This document shows, piece after piece, positions 1-18,271 of a stretch of 64,000 nt of DNA. Within the stretch, counting starts at the first letter, position 1; each line of letters starts with the position of its first letter. The notes beneath the pieces were generated by a model, which was not told the origin of the DNA, ran no database searches, and was given only the letters and a program-made list of their open reading frames with translations. Both the position numbers and the translations under genes were made by a program. The DNA comes from the human T2T-CHM13v2.0 reference genome, Homo sapiens, in the NCBI RefSeq assembly GCF_009914755.1, contig NC_060947.1, one strand, 5' to 3'.

Positions 1-522
1 ACAAGCTAGGGTTTGTGTTTGGAAGCAGTTCTTGGCAAAGGTGAACATATTTTTAGGTAATCTTTTCTTTTTCCTGTGAAAGTCTGTAATACTCTAAAAT
101 TTGCTCCATTCTTACAGCCTAGAAATAGAACCCTGGAAATAGAATGACTGCACTTTGGTGGTTATTGTGGGCTGGAAAGTGAAAGCCAAGAGTGGTGGTT
201 CTGAAACTTTTACTTTGTAATTTCTATCCATCATTCTCTCTGGCTCTTCTGAGGCCCAGTGGCACATAGCAACAATTTTCTGCTTCTTTCCACTTTTTTT
301 CTGATGTCCCTCCCCCATGTCAAAATAGCTCTCTTTAGACTAATTTGGACCCACCACTGCCTACAGCAGTTCAGAGTTTTATTGTGCTGCTTTCCTCTCT
401 CATGAGATCTCAGCAGATTTCAAACCTTGGTCAGAAGACAGTACTGGTGGATGATTCAGGTGGCAAAGGAGGCCCATTTCCTCCATTCTTATTGTCTACA
501 AATTGCTACTTTTGCTACTTTA

Positions 523-1745
523 AATCATTCATTTAAAAAATATGTATTAAGAATCATCTCAATAAGCTATTAGTGCTAGATGCTAAAGATATAGCAGTGA
601 ACAGCAGTCTCTGCTGTCATGAACCTTGTAGTCTAGTGAAAGAGACAACTAATAAATAAGGAAACCAAATGTAAATGGGATACTTATGGTAGCCATAAAT
701 ACAAAGAATGAAATAAAGTAATGAGATGGAATGAGATGAGCAAGTTTAGAAGAAGTGGAGTCTCGGTCTAGCAGAAGAACAGAAAGAAGGCTAGTGTGGC
801 CAGATACATGTTCAGTTGGGGTAGAATTTTATGAGATGAGTTTAGGGAGATAGATAATTTTCAGTGATGCTAAGGAGTTTGGATTTGTTTAAAAAAAAGG
901 GAAGTCATGAGAGAGTTTTAAACAGGACAATAACATCTGATTTATAGTTTAAAAATTACTCTGACATTCTGAGTGAAAAATAGTGTGGAAAAGAGAAAGA
1001 GTGGAAAAGGGAAATCTGCTAGGAGGTACTGATGGCGAGAGAGGATAATGCTGCAGGTCCGATGGAATCAGTGTTGATGGAGATAAATGGATACTTTTCA
1101 GATATTTTTGAGATAGAGTTGGAAGGACTTGCTGCTGGATTGGTTTTAGGGGTTGATGGAGAGAAAGAAAACTTGAGCAATACTAGGGTTTGGCTTGACC
1201 AACTAGGTGACTGACGGTGTCATCTACAGAGATGATAAAGACAGGTGGATAAATGGGTTTTGTGGAGGGAGGGAAGTATGAGTTTTGTTTCTGTCCACAG
1301 TAGTAATTTAGAGGATCTTTTAGCCAGCAGCCTACCAAGAAGAGATGTCATGTCAGCAGAAGATATAGTTTGGGAGTCATTAGACTGTCAATGGTATTTA
1401 AAACTATAGCACTGCATGAGCCCATCAGGGTAAGACAGAGAAGTCGATTCCTGAGCTTACAAACACTTAGAGATCAGTTGGAAAAGGAGGAACTAGCTAG
1501 GGAAAGTGTGATGTCACTGAAAACATGAGACGAAATTATCTTAAGAAAGAGTGATCATCTGTATTGAGCGCAGCTGACAGGACATTAAGTTTGAAGACAG
1601 AGAGGTGGCCACTGGATCTGTCAAGATGGAGGTTATTGGTAAACTCGGTAAGAGTGATTTCAGTGGTTTTGTCAGGAGAGAAGCCACATTCTGGAAGAGT
1701 GAATGGGAGAGGAAGAAATGAAAAAATCAAATATAAACACCATTT
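523..1745 (-). mobile_element. LINE-2 (L2) 3' portion including a decayed RT remnant
   Basis: Begins with the reverse complement of the L2 3' end (tcattcatttaaaaaatatgtattaag...gatatagcagtgaacag). Minus ORF 1536-1730 reads GFSPDKTTEITLTEFTNNLHL...SVFKLNVLSAALNTDDHS, matching the L2/CR1 RT motif GFRP.HSTETAL..VTNDL...LLDLSAAFDTVDH. Confidence 0.85.
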
Positions 1746-2444
1746 TTGGCCTTCCCACCCTTAATGCTGTTACTCTGTTGAAGTTTACTAGAATATCTTG
1801 GGATAATCCTTGGGGGTGGATGATTATAGAGAAGGAAGGGTTTATATTCCCAATTTGAGCAATATTTGTCATAAAATATGAATTATCCTTATCAATCATA
1901 TTTCTATTAGGGGCTCTCATTACCTTATCTTTAGGGTGATGACTGAATCTTGTCTTTAACCCTCTGTCTTCTCCCTTTACTTTCCTAACTTTCCCCAGTC
2001 ATCCCTTGAATAAAGTATTTTTGTCATATTCACTCTTCTGTGCTCTGTACTTCTTATAACTACTCTTGATTTCTTTTAACTATTCCATTTTCTTCTCCTT
2101 TCATAAACCTAAATGAAATTTTCTTTCTTGTGGTTGAGTTTCTGTTACCTTTTGTCTGATATTTTTCTTCTTAGGTTTTGTGCAGGGTTTCCTTTGCTAG
2201 GTAATTTTTCTATGCCCATTGTATTGCTCAAATAAGTCACATTTTCCCAAACAAGAACACAATGCTGGAGTAAGTAGCCATTTGTGGAACAGACTGTAGG
2301 TGGTTGCTAAAACTAGGGCGACTATTATGTTTGATTACTACCCTTTCAGTCAACTCTTGCCATCATGGTCAGTGATAAATTACACCTTAAGACTAGAACA
2401 GAACTGTAAGAGGAGAATAAGAGCTTTCTATGGCATGTAGAAGA

Positions 2445-2820
2445 AGTTCTGGTTTGAATGCTGCACTTGAGACCTCCTCATCTTTTCCTCCCAGGCACAC
2501 TGCTAGATTACATTTCCAAGCCTCCTTTGCAGTTGTATGTAGTAGCCATGGTGTTGAGTTCAGGCCAGCGGATTAAAGGTGGAAGTGAAGTGAGCAACTT
2601 CCAGACTTGACCTATATAAATGAGAATGCTGTTCTGTGCTCTCTCTTTCCTTGTCTCCTCGCAAGTTTCAGAGCATCCCGCAGTACACCTCAAGACTTTG
2701 GAGCTAATAAGCCACAAGACAGAAGGAGTCTGGGTCTTTGAAGGCAACCACATACCCAGGAACATAGTCTTCAGAAGTCTCTTTGTTACAGTTGCTGGTG
2801 TTGCTGACCCTAACTGGTAG
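2445..2820 (+). mobile_element. MaLR LTR, MLT1I/J-like
   Basis: ggcacactgctagattacatttccaagcctcctttgcagtt...ggaagtgaagtgagcaacttcc resembles the old MLT1 core; 3' end ttgttacag...ctaactggta. Confidence 0.65.
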
Positions 2821-3059
2821 ATATTCCTTGTGTGAGTTTTCTCTGTGCATTTGGTCATTCCTCCTCACTGTCCTGGAGTGCCCTCTTCTCACTTTATGAA
2901 ATCTGACAGCTACTTTGCTGACCTGTTTTCTATTTTTTTCTGGTATAAAATATTTTCTGACTAACCCAGCCTGGGGCAGTCTCTTCCTTTAAATTTCTAA
3001 AGTGACTATTAGCTTTGTGGTCTACTGAGTGAATATTGAAAAGATCATAAGCTCTTAAT

Positions 3060-3220
3060 ATCTGAGTTATTTTGGGTAAGGTAGCTAACCTGTTTACTTT
3101 TCCTTAAAAAAAGACATAATAACAATCCATACTTCATAAAGTTGTTATGTGGTTTAGATGAGGAAATATATGTAGAGGGCTTAGAACAGTACCTGGCATG
3201 TAGGAAGTGCTCTATTATTA
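3060..3220 (+). mobile_element. MIR SINE
   Basis: tacttcataaagttgttatgtggtttagatgag...gcttagaacagtacctggcatgtaggaagtgctc matches the MIR core and 3' end. Confidence 0.8.
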
Positions 3221-4990
3221 GACTTTGTCTCCTACTAGTTTACTTTTTTCTATATACTGTGCCCCTATGTCAAGCACTGGCCTAGTGGAATGGATATCAC
3301 AGTGAATGATATGCTGCTGTTCTTATAGTTTCTTCATCTGTAACACTTATTAATACATAATGCAACTTGCCTTCAATGGCATTTATTGAGCATCTACTAT
3401 GTGCCAAAGATTGGACAATATATTTTTGGGATATGAATATCTCCAAGGAGGTAAACTAATTTTAATATCGCTATAAATCAGCAGATTAAATTAATTAATA
3501 CTATTTGAAGCAGTGTTTAGGAATATTTTGTTTTCTTCTTCAAAGCTGGATCCCTGGAGTTTAATAAAACTTCTTACCTCATAGGGCTATTTTGCAGGTC
3601 AAATGTTAGAATCTTTGGAAGTACTCTGCAAACTTAAAGTATAGAGCAAATGTTTATGAAGATGTCAATTTCCAACTCTTCACAGTTCTTTAAAAGAAGT
3701 TTTCACCTTTGTGTGATTTTTATCTTCCCTCTAAATTGAATATAAGCTTGTTGAGGGTGAGGTATGCATTATTAATCTCTGTAAATCCCTAGTATCTACC
3801 TCCGTGCTAAGGGCAAGCACTAAAAACACTTTTATGGTTCAAAATTTTGCACAATGTTTACCGTGAAAACCCTTGACCCCTTACCTTACCTGGGTTTCTG
3901 CAAAGTTGTACTTATGTACTGGGTGAGATTTGGCTGTGTTGGTTTCAGAGAAGAAACCTGTTTGAGGCATGTTGCTAAGTGGAAAATATACTTTAAAAAC
4001 GTATATTTAGTTCCCTGAGCAAAACTATCTTGAGTTTTAAGCACCAATTTTCAATGAAGCTGACAGGCAAGAAATGATTATTGAGCTGTTGGTCTGCTCT
4101 GTGCATCTGTACACACAGTGTTGAATAAGCTGTTAATCCTTCCATCTTTACAGGATATTTTAGGAATGCTCATGGTGAGGTCATGCATATCCATTTCTGT
4201 AGTGTTCTCCCACTCTACCCACTCACCATGTGTTCTGGTGCTGTGATATTTTTGTCCACTCTCATAGTACTCTCTTCTTCTTACCTTACTTCCCTCCCCC
4301 AAACCCAGGAAAAAGAAAGTTGATTCTTCAAATTTTTCCCAAATTGAAAATGTGACTGAGATTAGGAAGAAGGGCATTGCTATTTTTTTCTTCCCCACTT
4401 CAGGTTGGTGTTGAAATGACTGAGTAAACAGTTTGATATTCTGTAAAAACAATTCTTCAATCGAAGAAAAAATTATATCAGTGAAAAAAACAATGTTTTT
4501 TTGGAAGAGATTTCCTTGTGTTTCTAACTTTCACTTGTAAATTCTGCTGTTACTGCCTTTCATGCAATTTCAGGTCAGCAGCATGACTTTCTAAAGGAAA
4601 ATATGATTAAGTCATACTTTTTACAATGGTCCAAGGTGTGATTTTAATTAGGATATACTTGTATTGAATTTAAAGAAAATCTTTGTTGTTGGTCCAGCAC
4701 CATGGACAGAGAAATGGCTTCTAGTCCTCCTAGGTTAGCTAGCAATTCACCTATATAGTTTAGGTCCTCAATTCATCTAAATTAAATACAAATTTAATTT
4801 GCATTAAATGATTTCATGTCATGTCTTAACCCAGGACTACCGCCTTTTAACCTTTACTAATCTTTTCTTGAATATTCTAGGTACCATTTTTTTTCCTTAG
4901 CTACAGGTAGTTTGAGATGGTCTAGACTCCAGTTCCATGAGCCAACTACTTTGCAAACTCTACTCTCTCACTTTTAAAAAATACTATTTT

Positions 4991-5147
4991 TTAGCTGGGC
5001 ATGGTGTGCATGCCTGTAGTCCCAGCTACTTGGGTGGCTGTGGCAGGAGAATCACTTCAGCCCAGGAGTTCAAGTGATCCTGGTGAGCTATGATCCTGCT
5101 GCTGCACTCCAGTCTGGGTGACAGAGACCCTATCTCTAAAACTAAAA
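4991..5147 (+). mobile_element. Alu right monomer (FRAM / AluJ half)
   Basis: ttagctgggcatggtg...gcctgtagtcccagctact...gcccaggagttcaag...gcactccagtctgggtgacagag followed by a short A tail; no left arm. Confidence 0.85.
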
Positions 5148-5237
5148 TTCTATTTTGAAATAATTATAGATTTATAGAAAGTTACAAAAATGGTACAGAG
5201 AAGTCCTGTGTATCCTTTACCCAGTTTCCCCCAACAT
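5148..5237 (-). mobile_element. Old L1M (L1MC-like) 3' end fragment
   Basis: ttttgaaataattatagatttatagaaagttacaaaaatggtacagag...tttacccagtttccccc is the typical reverse-strand L1MC terminus. Confidence 0.7.
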
Positions 5238-5801
<564 letters not shown>

Positions 5802-6689
5802 AAATTATAGTGTTTTAAAGTCACTTGGAATAGTTCATCTCTGTCTGGTTATGACACCTGGATACATAGTTATGTTCCTTTGTGTCATTTTACTTTTGAA
5901 TATTTTAGAAATTGTTTTTAAATTTAATTTTGTTTTATAGAATATTTACATGGTTCTAAAGTCAAACTTACATGAATATAATTTTAATGAATTTTCTCTC
6001 TGAACTGAAATTAGTTTGCTTATTTTAATTTTTAAAAACAGATGCAATATTGTTTCCCTAGGTACCACTCTTTAATGATTATTTTATAAAACATCTTTCT
6101 GAAACAGAATAATCCCAGAAAGACAGTCTATATAACACTGGGTGATCCTCTTTTGGGTTGCTTTAAAGCTAAGTCACCTCATATTCAACCTAAAGTAGAG
6201 AGAAACTGGAATTTCATGCTAATTAGCCTCCTAGTTCCTTTCATTTTGTACATGGCTCAAAATATTTTCATGAAGTCTCTAAATGGAAAATCAACAAGGG
6301 AGTTTTGTAAATGTAACCCTAATTAAGATACTTGGCTTTTATTTTTAACAACTGTATATGTAGATTTTATATTTTGAAATTTTGAAAACAAGCAATGAAT
6401 TAATAACATTTCTTTAAAAAGCTATTTTGGGGTGGGAATGCACTGTTATTCAATGTTAATTCAATTAAAGAAATTAAACATGAGTTGTTAGTACAAGTCC
6501 TTGGGATATTTATGAATATCTTAATTTTAACAAGAGAAAAATGACAGTTTAGGCCTAGCCAATGCTTGCTATTTTCATTTTGGTGTTAGTTTTGTGTCTG
6601 TCTATATTCTTGACTTCCATCTTTGCCTATTTTTTGTCTTCTTAGAAAGATAAATCTTAACTTTAACAATAAAACTATATTTGTAGTTT

Positions 6690-6960
6690 TCTGGTTATTA
6701 AAGTAATACATGCTTATTATAGAAAAATTGGAAAGTCATGAAAAAGGAAATCAAAATCTTACAATAGTTCCATTACCCAAAGAAAATCACAGTTACTGTA
6801 GATGTAATTCTAATATTTTTCTATGCTTATTTTACATAATTGGGATTACATTTTGCATATATTCAATTTTATTATCTTTTTTCTGTTTAACATTAAAACA
6901 TAAGCATTTTGCATATTATTAAAAACTGTAAATAATTTATTGGTTATTTAAAGTTCTATC
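6690..6960 (-). mobile_element. L1ME-like 3' fragment
   Basis: ttattaaagtaatacatgcttattatagaaaaattggaaa...cattacccaaag resembles the reverse-strand L1ME3/4 terminus. Confidence 0.55.
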
Positions 6961-7190
6961 ATGAAACTTGAATGAAGATTTTAAATCATTCATCTTTTGA
7001 TCCAATTACTATAAACTATGTATAAAATATTTAAAGGCATTTTAAAATATGATTATGATCTTCCAAAGAGAAATTCTAGGGGAAATGTCTTTACTTATTA
7101 TTTCCACCTGGGGTTTTTATAAGTTGTGAGAAATTTGTAGAAATTCTTGTGCCATTTTACATTATGTAATTAATCCATATGTCTTTACAC

Positions 7191-7377
7191 TAGTGGTTCT
7201 TAGTGGGGTCCTTGGACCAGAATCATCAGCATCATCTAGGGGCTTGTTAGAAATGCAAAATTTTGGGCACTATTCCAGGCTTACTGAATCAGGAACTCTG
7301 AGGGTAAGCTTCAGCTATCTGTGATTTAACAAGTCCTTCTGGCAATTCTGACACAGGCTTTAGTTTGAGAACCACTG
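7191..7377. mobile_element. MER5A (hAT-Charlie MITE)
   Basis: TIRs tagtggttct / agaaccactg; internal cagcatcatctaggggcttgttagaaatgcaaa; decayed 8-bp TSD ctttacac / ctttagag. Confidence 0.85.
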
Positions 7378-7449
7378 CTTTAGAGTAATTCTTAACAAGG
7401 GGGTTCTCTTTTATCATTTCTTTAAAAGGTATTAATTAACTAGTCAATT

Positions 7450-7957
7450 AATTAATTCACCAAACAATCATTTACTCTCTGTAATGACAAGCATTGTTCT
7501 AAGATACACAGGAGAAAACAGAACAGAAAGAGTCCCTACCCTCATAGATCTAATACTCTAGTGGTGGTGGTGGGGTCAGACAATAACCAGATAACTAAAA
7601 TATATAGAATGTCAGTGGTAATAAGTGCAATAGAGAAAAATAAAACAGGAAAAGGGGACAGGGAGTGCTGGGATGGTTCACAATTTAAGTGGAATGGCCA
7701 TGATAGGTTTTACTGAGAAGGTGATGTGAGGCTGTCAATCATGCCAAGATTTTTGGAAAAATATTCTAAGCAAAGGGAGCAGTAAGTGCAAAAGCTCAGC
7801 GGTGTGACAACACTAATCTGTTTCAGGAACAGCAAGATCAGTGTGGCCAGGAATAAGGAGGGTAATTGGAAATGGGATCAGAGGTGAGGGAGTGATGGGA
7901 GAAAATAATGCAGGTGGTTGTCGAGTAGCATACACAAAACTGTAATCATGGAGGGGC
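7450..7957 (-). mobile_element. L2 3' fragment
   Basis: attcaccaaacaatcatt...gtccctaccctcatagatct...aagcaaagggagcagtaagtgcaaaag matches the reverse-strand L2 pattern. Confidence 0.75.
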
Positions 7958-8413
7958 TGTAGAGTGGATGCCATGGGTGCCCCATCCAGATCTCCTTTGC
8001 CAGCTGATGCATCTATTCCCGAGCTTCTGGGAGTGTTGCTTGCTAACAGCTCACAGCAGCTACTTTTTGTAGTGAATTGACCTTGGCTGAGCAGGACCAC
8101 CTAGGAAGCTTATTCTTCTCATCTCCAACTAGGGGTAGTCTACACAGCTAATGACTCACTGACACACAGGTACAAAAAGCTAGCCCCCTAGTTTCAAAGT
8201 GGGACTAACTGTATGGTACTATTTATGCTTCAGAGCACTCTGTCGGATCAGGCTGAAAGCAAGTTTTCAACTCAGAATGCATCCTTACATAGTGGTGTTT
8301 CCTCTGTTCCAGCATGTTTCCCTCACTTCCTTTCTCCTGAGAACACTTTAATAAATTCTGTGAACAACAATCATTGTCACAGCTTCCGATTCTAGAAATA
8401 CCAACCTAAGTCA
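7958..8413 (+). mobile_element. ERVL 5' LTR, LTR16A/B-like
   Basis: TG...CA termini (tgtagagtggatgcc ... ccaacctaagtca), aataaa near 8350, and an immediately following PBS. Confidence 0.75.
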
Positions 8414-8415
8414 GT

Positions 8416-8433
8416 TGGTACTAAGAGTGGTCT
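8416..8433 (+). other. Retroviral primer-binding site (tRNA-Leu type)
   Basis: tggtactaagagtggtct lies 2 nt after the LTR CA and resembles the ERVL PBS TGGTACCAGGAGTGG. Confidence 0.7.
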
Positions 8434-9328
8434 TGAAAGCAGACTCTGTGAACGGGATTCTGGCATTGGATCATTCACTGGTTCAATGGTAATGGGGACT
8501 TCATCACTGGTGGAAGGTAGAGTATTGACAGTCCATGGCATGCTGGAGCAAAATGATTGCTACATCTTTAGCCTGAAGTGAGCTGGGCTAATATACAGGT
8601 AGAAGGGGATTCCCTTGCTTGTACAATGTCTCTGGCACTTGGGAAGTATGGGGAAATAGAAACTATAAGAACTGGAGTTGCTAAGCATCACTGATGCATT
8701 GGAGAGAGAACATGACAAGCTCAGATCCCATTAATCAGCAAGTAAAAGTAAAGTGTGAGAGTCACAGGTCTTCCTTGGCTGCATTTAAGAAGAGCCTCAT
8801 ACCTGAAGCTGAAGAGAAGATAGCCTTAAAAATCAGGCATAAGACATAATTTTAAGAGTGGCAGAACTTCAAAGGAGGCTGAATGTCAGCTTAGGCAAGT
8901 CTCTTATGCCAAAGTCAGGGCCTTGACTGGGAAGGGGCTCTGAGACTTGGCATGGAGATAAGAAACCCTGAACTCTCTGGGTCTACAGAAGTGGTGTACT
9001 GCGTCTTGCTGGAAGATAGAGTTACCCTTCTCTTGAAGAATATGCAGAGGCCTCAAATGAAGCAGATGCCTTACAAGTCAAAGCCTGTCCTCCTCATGAT
9101 CTATGCCTACCAACCCTAATCACCACCAGACCAATAACTAGGGTCAAATCTCAGCATGACCTAAGAGGCAGTGCTGAGCATATTCAAGGAGGAGGGGGAT
9201 TGTATATCAAAGGAGTTGCAAGATTAGCTAACGTGTACCAGCGGTTACTGAGAGTATGCTTGGAAGTGATCCTGGAGGTGCTGGTCCAGGGAGGCAGACT
9301 ATAAAGCTGTTATGGAAAATTTGTTGAT

Positions 9329-10348
9329 TATATTAGTTTTTTATTTTTTAAATTTTTAAATTTTTTAATTTTTTATTTTTATTTTATTGTTATTATACTT
9401 TAAGTTTTAGGGTACATGTGCCCAATGTGCAGGTTAGTTACATATGTATACATGTGCCATGCTGGTGTGCTGCACCCATTAACTCGTCATTTAGCATTAG
9501 GTATGTCTCCTAAAGCTATCCCTCCCCCCTCCGCCCTCCCCACAACAGTCCCCAGAGTGTGATGTTCCCCTTCCTGTGTCCATGTGTTCTCATTGTTCAA
9601 TTCCCACCTATGAGTGAGAATATGCGGTGTTTGGTTTTTTGTTCTTGCGATAGTTTACTGAGAATGATGATTTCCAATTTCATCCATGTCCCTACAAAGG
9701 ACATGAACTCATCATTTTTTATGGCTGCATAGTTTTTTATTGTTATGTAACAATTATCACAAACTTAGAAACTCAAAATAATACCCACTTACTACCTCTT
9801 AGGTCAGAAGTCCAAGCATGACTTGAATTCTCTGTTCGCAAATGGTTTCTCAAGACTGAAATCAAGGTGTCATCTGGGATTGCAGTCTCATTTGATAGTT
9901 GGGATCCTCTTCTAAGCTTATTGGTTGTTGGCAGAATTCAAGTTTTTGCAGCCATAGAACTGAGATTCTCAGCTCTTAGAGGCTGCCCACTGTTCCCTGA
10001 TACTGTTCCTACTGTAACCCTCTCCACATTATAGCACTTTGCTTCTTCAAGGCCTACAAGAAAGTGTCTGCTGCTGCTTCTTATCTTATCTTCTTTAAAG
10101 GGCTTGCCTAATTTTGTCAGGTCCACCCAGGATGATCTCCCTTTTGGTCACTTCAGAGTCAACTGATTAAGGACCTTAATTTCATCTGTAATAGTCCTTC
10201 ACCTTTGTCATGTAACATAACATAATCACAGGAGTTAGATCCCATTATATTCACAAGTCCTGCCCACACTCAACTGGAGGAATTATATAAGGCATGAACA
10301 TTAGGGAGCAGGGATCTTAGAGGCCATCTTATAATTCTGCCTACATCA
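9329..10348 (-). mobile_element. MaLR LTR, MLT1E-like (split by L1PA)
   Basis: tattagttttttattg...taacaattatcacaaacttag at the left end; gccatcttataattctgcctacatca at the right end is the reverse complement of the MLT1 5' end. Confidence 0.75.
9346..9733 (-). mobile_element. L1PA2/L1PA3 3' end, 5'-truncated (~390 bp)
   Basis: ttatactttaagttttagggtacatgtg...gttagttacatatgtatacatgtgccatgctgg...; TSD tagttttttatt at 9334-9345 and 9730-9741. Confidence 0.92.
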
Positions 10349-11811
10349 TCAGTATGGGAGCACTTTCCTGTGACACAGCTTTTGACACCCTAGTGTAGTT
10401 CCAGGGGAACTTTTTTTTTTTTACATGTTCTTGGGATAGCACTTGGAGACTGTAAAAAAGTGATAGCCTATATTAAATGAAGTGGAAATGCCAGGATTGC
10501 CAAGCAAATGTGGGGAAAGGGGTCAAAAGGCTTCCAGAAGGGGACATTCTAGAATGGCTCTATTACATAAGACAAGAAGACCCAACCAATTGACTATGTT
10601 ATTTGGGAGGGACTTATTTACTAAGGCAATAAGGAATGCACTGGCAAAAGGGGTACACACCTCATTGATAAGCTTAATATTGTCTGTTCTCTGTAGGCCA
10701 GAACTGATAGTAGAAAATGCTGTTTACAGAACTAGCTCCCTAGTAGCAATGGGGATGATGGGATCACAGAATAGCAAAGGACAGATGGCAGTGCTTAACC
10801 ATCAGAAGTAAGGTGGGCATAATGATCATAATGGACAGCAAATTCAGAATGGTAGCTAGGGGATCCTGACTTTCAGGGATCTATGGGGATGGCTAATAGA
10901 ACATGGTGTTTTCAGAGGTATCATAGATAGGCAGCCAATTTGGGTATTGCTTACCATATATGATTAAAAGAGATCAAGAATGGATGATCAGAAGGCTGAG
11001 GTCAGCAACTCAACGGAAAGTCACAATCCTATGACCAGTTTCAAGATCCAAGATAGCTTTTAGAATAAATTGAAGACTGGGTCCCCATGAGGAAGGAACT
11101 TACCACACCATAGCAATTACATACAATAGAAATTCCCCCCAGTTCTTTCTTATGGGGACTTAGGGACATTTCCTTGAGTAACCATGTGTGGGGGAAAGGG
11201 GAATCCTCAGATATTTCCAGGTTTGTTGGATACAGGGTCCTAGTTGACACTGATACCCCAGGACCCTAAATACCATCACGACTTCCTCATGTTAGCGTAC
11301 AGGCCTAAGGGGCCAGGTAATAAATGGAGTTCTAGCTTGCTTGGGTATGACTCATAGTGGGCCCACTGGGTCCACAGACTCACCCAAAAGTATAATCAAT
11401 ATGGACCTACCTAGCACTGGCAATCTTCATATTGGGTCCCTGACCTGTAGAGAACCCCTGAAACTATCCCTCACCCCCACACCCCAGCCAAGACAATCAC
11501 AGACATTACTGCAACCTTAGCAGAGTGGATCAAACTGTGGGGAAAGGAATAAGAGTCTTTTTTGATCTTTATTTGGCACATGAGACTGTTTTATTTTGTA
11601 GGAAAGCACTGATAGGGCATCAGTTGCCTTTTCTCTTCCTTTCCCATGATCCGTCTGCTTTGTACTTAGCTGCAACAGTAAGGTTCTGCCAATTTTAGTT
11701 TTCTATGGTGTGTGGGTATGTGTATGTGTATATATGTGTGTGTTCCTGTGTTTTCATAGATATTTTCATGGGAACCCGAAGGATGCTGTCTACAGACAGG
11801 ATTGTTAGTCA

Positions 11812-12154
<343 letters not shown>

Positions 12155-12778
12155 ATTTTTTTAAATTTATTATTAAATCACATAAAAGAATGAATTCTGG
12201 CAGGCAGGTATAAATAGCTGTAAAATTATATTACTTTGACATGCCCCAACAAATCTTCAGGGGGCTTAATTCACCATGGGGTAGTTCCTGTTGAATTCCT
12301 TGGGCCCACATTTACCTAACATTTTTGTAGGACTGTAACAAAATGTCTTAGAAATATGGTCAGAAAGTCAGTGATTATGCAATAACACCAAATCTGGGGG
12401 AATATATGGACATTATTTTGCTGTGACTTTACTCAGAATTTTACTTGGAAGCAGCTTGGACCTTGAGTCATTCTCATATGACTTCCTACCCTGGGTTGGG
12501 GGTCTTCATTCTTTCAAAATTGCTGAGGGCATGGCTATGACAGGTAGCCTGTACTTAGAGGGTAGTTGATCCTGTGTGCAGATTGTGACCAAACAGGAAG
12601 TGTAAGCCTTTTTGAAGGTGATGATTTGCTGGAAATAGACCTTTATAATTTCTATGTGAACATGTGACAAAATGTTTCCAGGTTGGGTGCCTTCTGTGAC
12701 TCTATTCTTGACATTTAGTCAGTCACACCATGAAGTTAATGTAACATGGTTGTGAGGCCACTTAAAATGATTATAAAT

Positions 12779-15262
<2,484 letters not shown>

Positions 15263-16458
15263 TCCTGATTCCCAGATTGCACCCAAGACCAAAGACATCT
15301 AGAATATCTGTGGGACCCAGGAATCAGCACTTTAAAAAACTCTCTAGGTGATTCCAATGTGTCGACAGGGTGAAGAACCACTCTATTTGGGCGTTCCTCA
15401 TCAAGAATGAGGAAGAACAGAAATTCACCCAATTCTACAGACAAAATGTCAGAAAAATAAAAATCCAGTAACATTCAAAAATTTCTACTTGTTAGTAGTA
15501 TGATTAATTTTAGAATCAGGACATTTTTTTGAAAACTGGAATTATAGCTGATTTTTTTTCTTTTCAATTTTTTCTTGTGCTATTTAGAAAATCTTCTACA
15601 ATTAATGCGGAATTCTTGTACAAAAACCCAGCAATAAACTTTTTTAAAAATGGAAAACACATCCCTTTTTCTTATTCTTAACAACCATGGACTACTATAC
15701 AGAAAAAAATAGGAAAGCATTCCCTCTGGATTTGGTGTCATAAAGGGGCTTGATAAACTCTTGGCCATCCTATCTAATTACTGTCAAGTCAAAGAACTAT
15801 AGGTGGCTCCTTTTAAAACGAAATGGTCATTTATGGTAGCAATTCACCAATGTGTAACTGATTTATGAGTAACAAATGTGTCACAAATTAGCTCACTCAG
15901 ATACCTTGACACACATTTCAAAACCAATTTATCTTAAAGGTTATGACAGAAAATGATGTTGCTCAATCTTAAACACTCTTAAGGGTGCTCCATCTTAAAT
16001 GGTTTGGGATTTTTGTTAAATCCAAGGTAGGGTTTGATTACATACTTTAAATTTTTAAGGATTTATTGTGGTCTAGAATTTGGGACATTTTTGTCTTTTC
16101 TTTCTTAGTTAGTGGTGACCCAATATTATTTCTCAAGATAAATATTGGCCTTGCCTGTGGGTAGTCCTCTTGGCCTCCTATTCACACTCTCCAACTTTCA
16201 TAAAAGGTTATGAATCCCTACTATCTGCTCAGTTGATTGTTAAAACACATTGCTCTAACACTCAAATGGCAACATAGGATGTACTAAAACCAAGATCTCA
16301 TATGGAAAGAGGAACCTCAAACCTGCTGTCACTCAGAACTTATCTAAAGCTTGGTTGGCTTCTGGCAATTGATCCTTTAGATATAATTGCACACATGGAA
16401 TGGCATATGTTCCAGGTTATGCACTGCAGCAATTTTTTAAAATATAAAAGATTGAAAA

Positions 16459-18007
<1,549 letters not shown>

Positions 18008-18010
<3 letters not shown>

Positions 18011-18271
18011 GCTAAGAATGGTTTTTACATTTTTAAATGGTTGAAAAAAATCAAAAGAATAACACTTTGTTGATATGTGGAAATCATATGAAATTCAAAT
18101 TTCAGTATTCATAAAGTTTTATTAGAACATAGCACATTAGTTTATGTGTTGTCTGTGGTTGCTTTTGCACTATATTCATGGAGTTGAGTAGTTGCCTCAG
18201 AGACCATATGGCCTGCAAACATGAAAATATTTACTACTTGGCCCTTACAGAAAACATCCATCAATCCCAGC
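18008..18271. mobile_element. MER58B (hAT-Charlie), one end missing
   Basis: gctaagaatggtttttacatttttaaatggttg...ttgagtagttgc...catatggcctgcaaa...aaaatatttactacttggcccttacagaaaa. Confidence 0.8.

Larger units (their letters stand above)
8414..11520 (+). mobile_element. ERVL internal region (HERV16-like) with decayed gag-pro, interrupted by MLT1 and L1PA
   Basis: ORF 10482-10811 contains FTKAIRNALAKG...SLVAMGMMGSQNSKGQMAVLNHQK (ERVL Gag-like). A protease motif GNPQIFPGLLDTGS*LTLIP places LLDTGS at 11223-11240. Confidence 0.8.
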
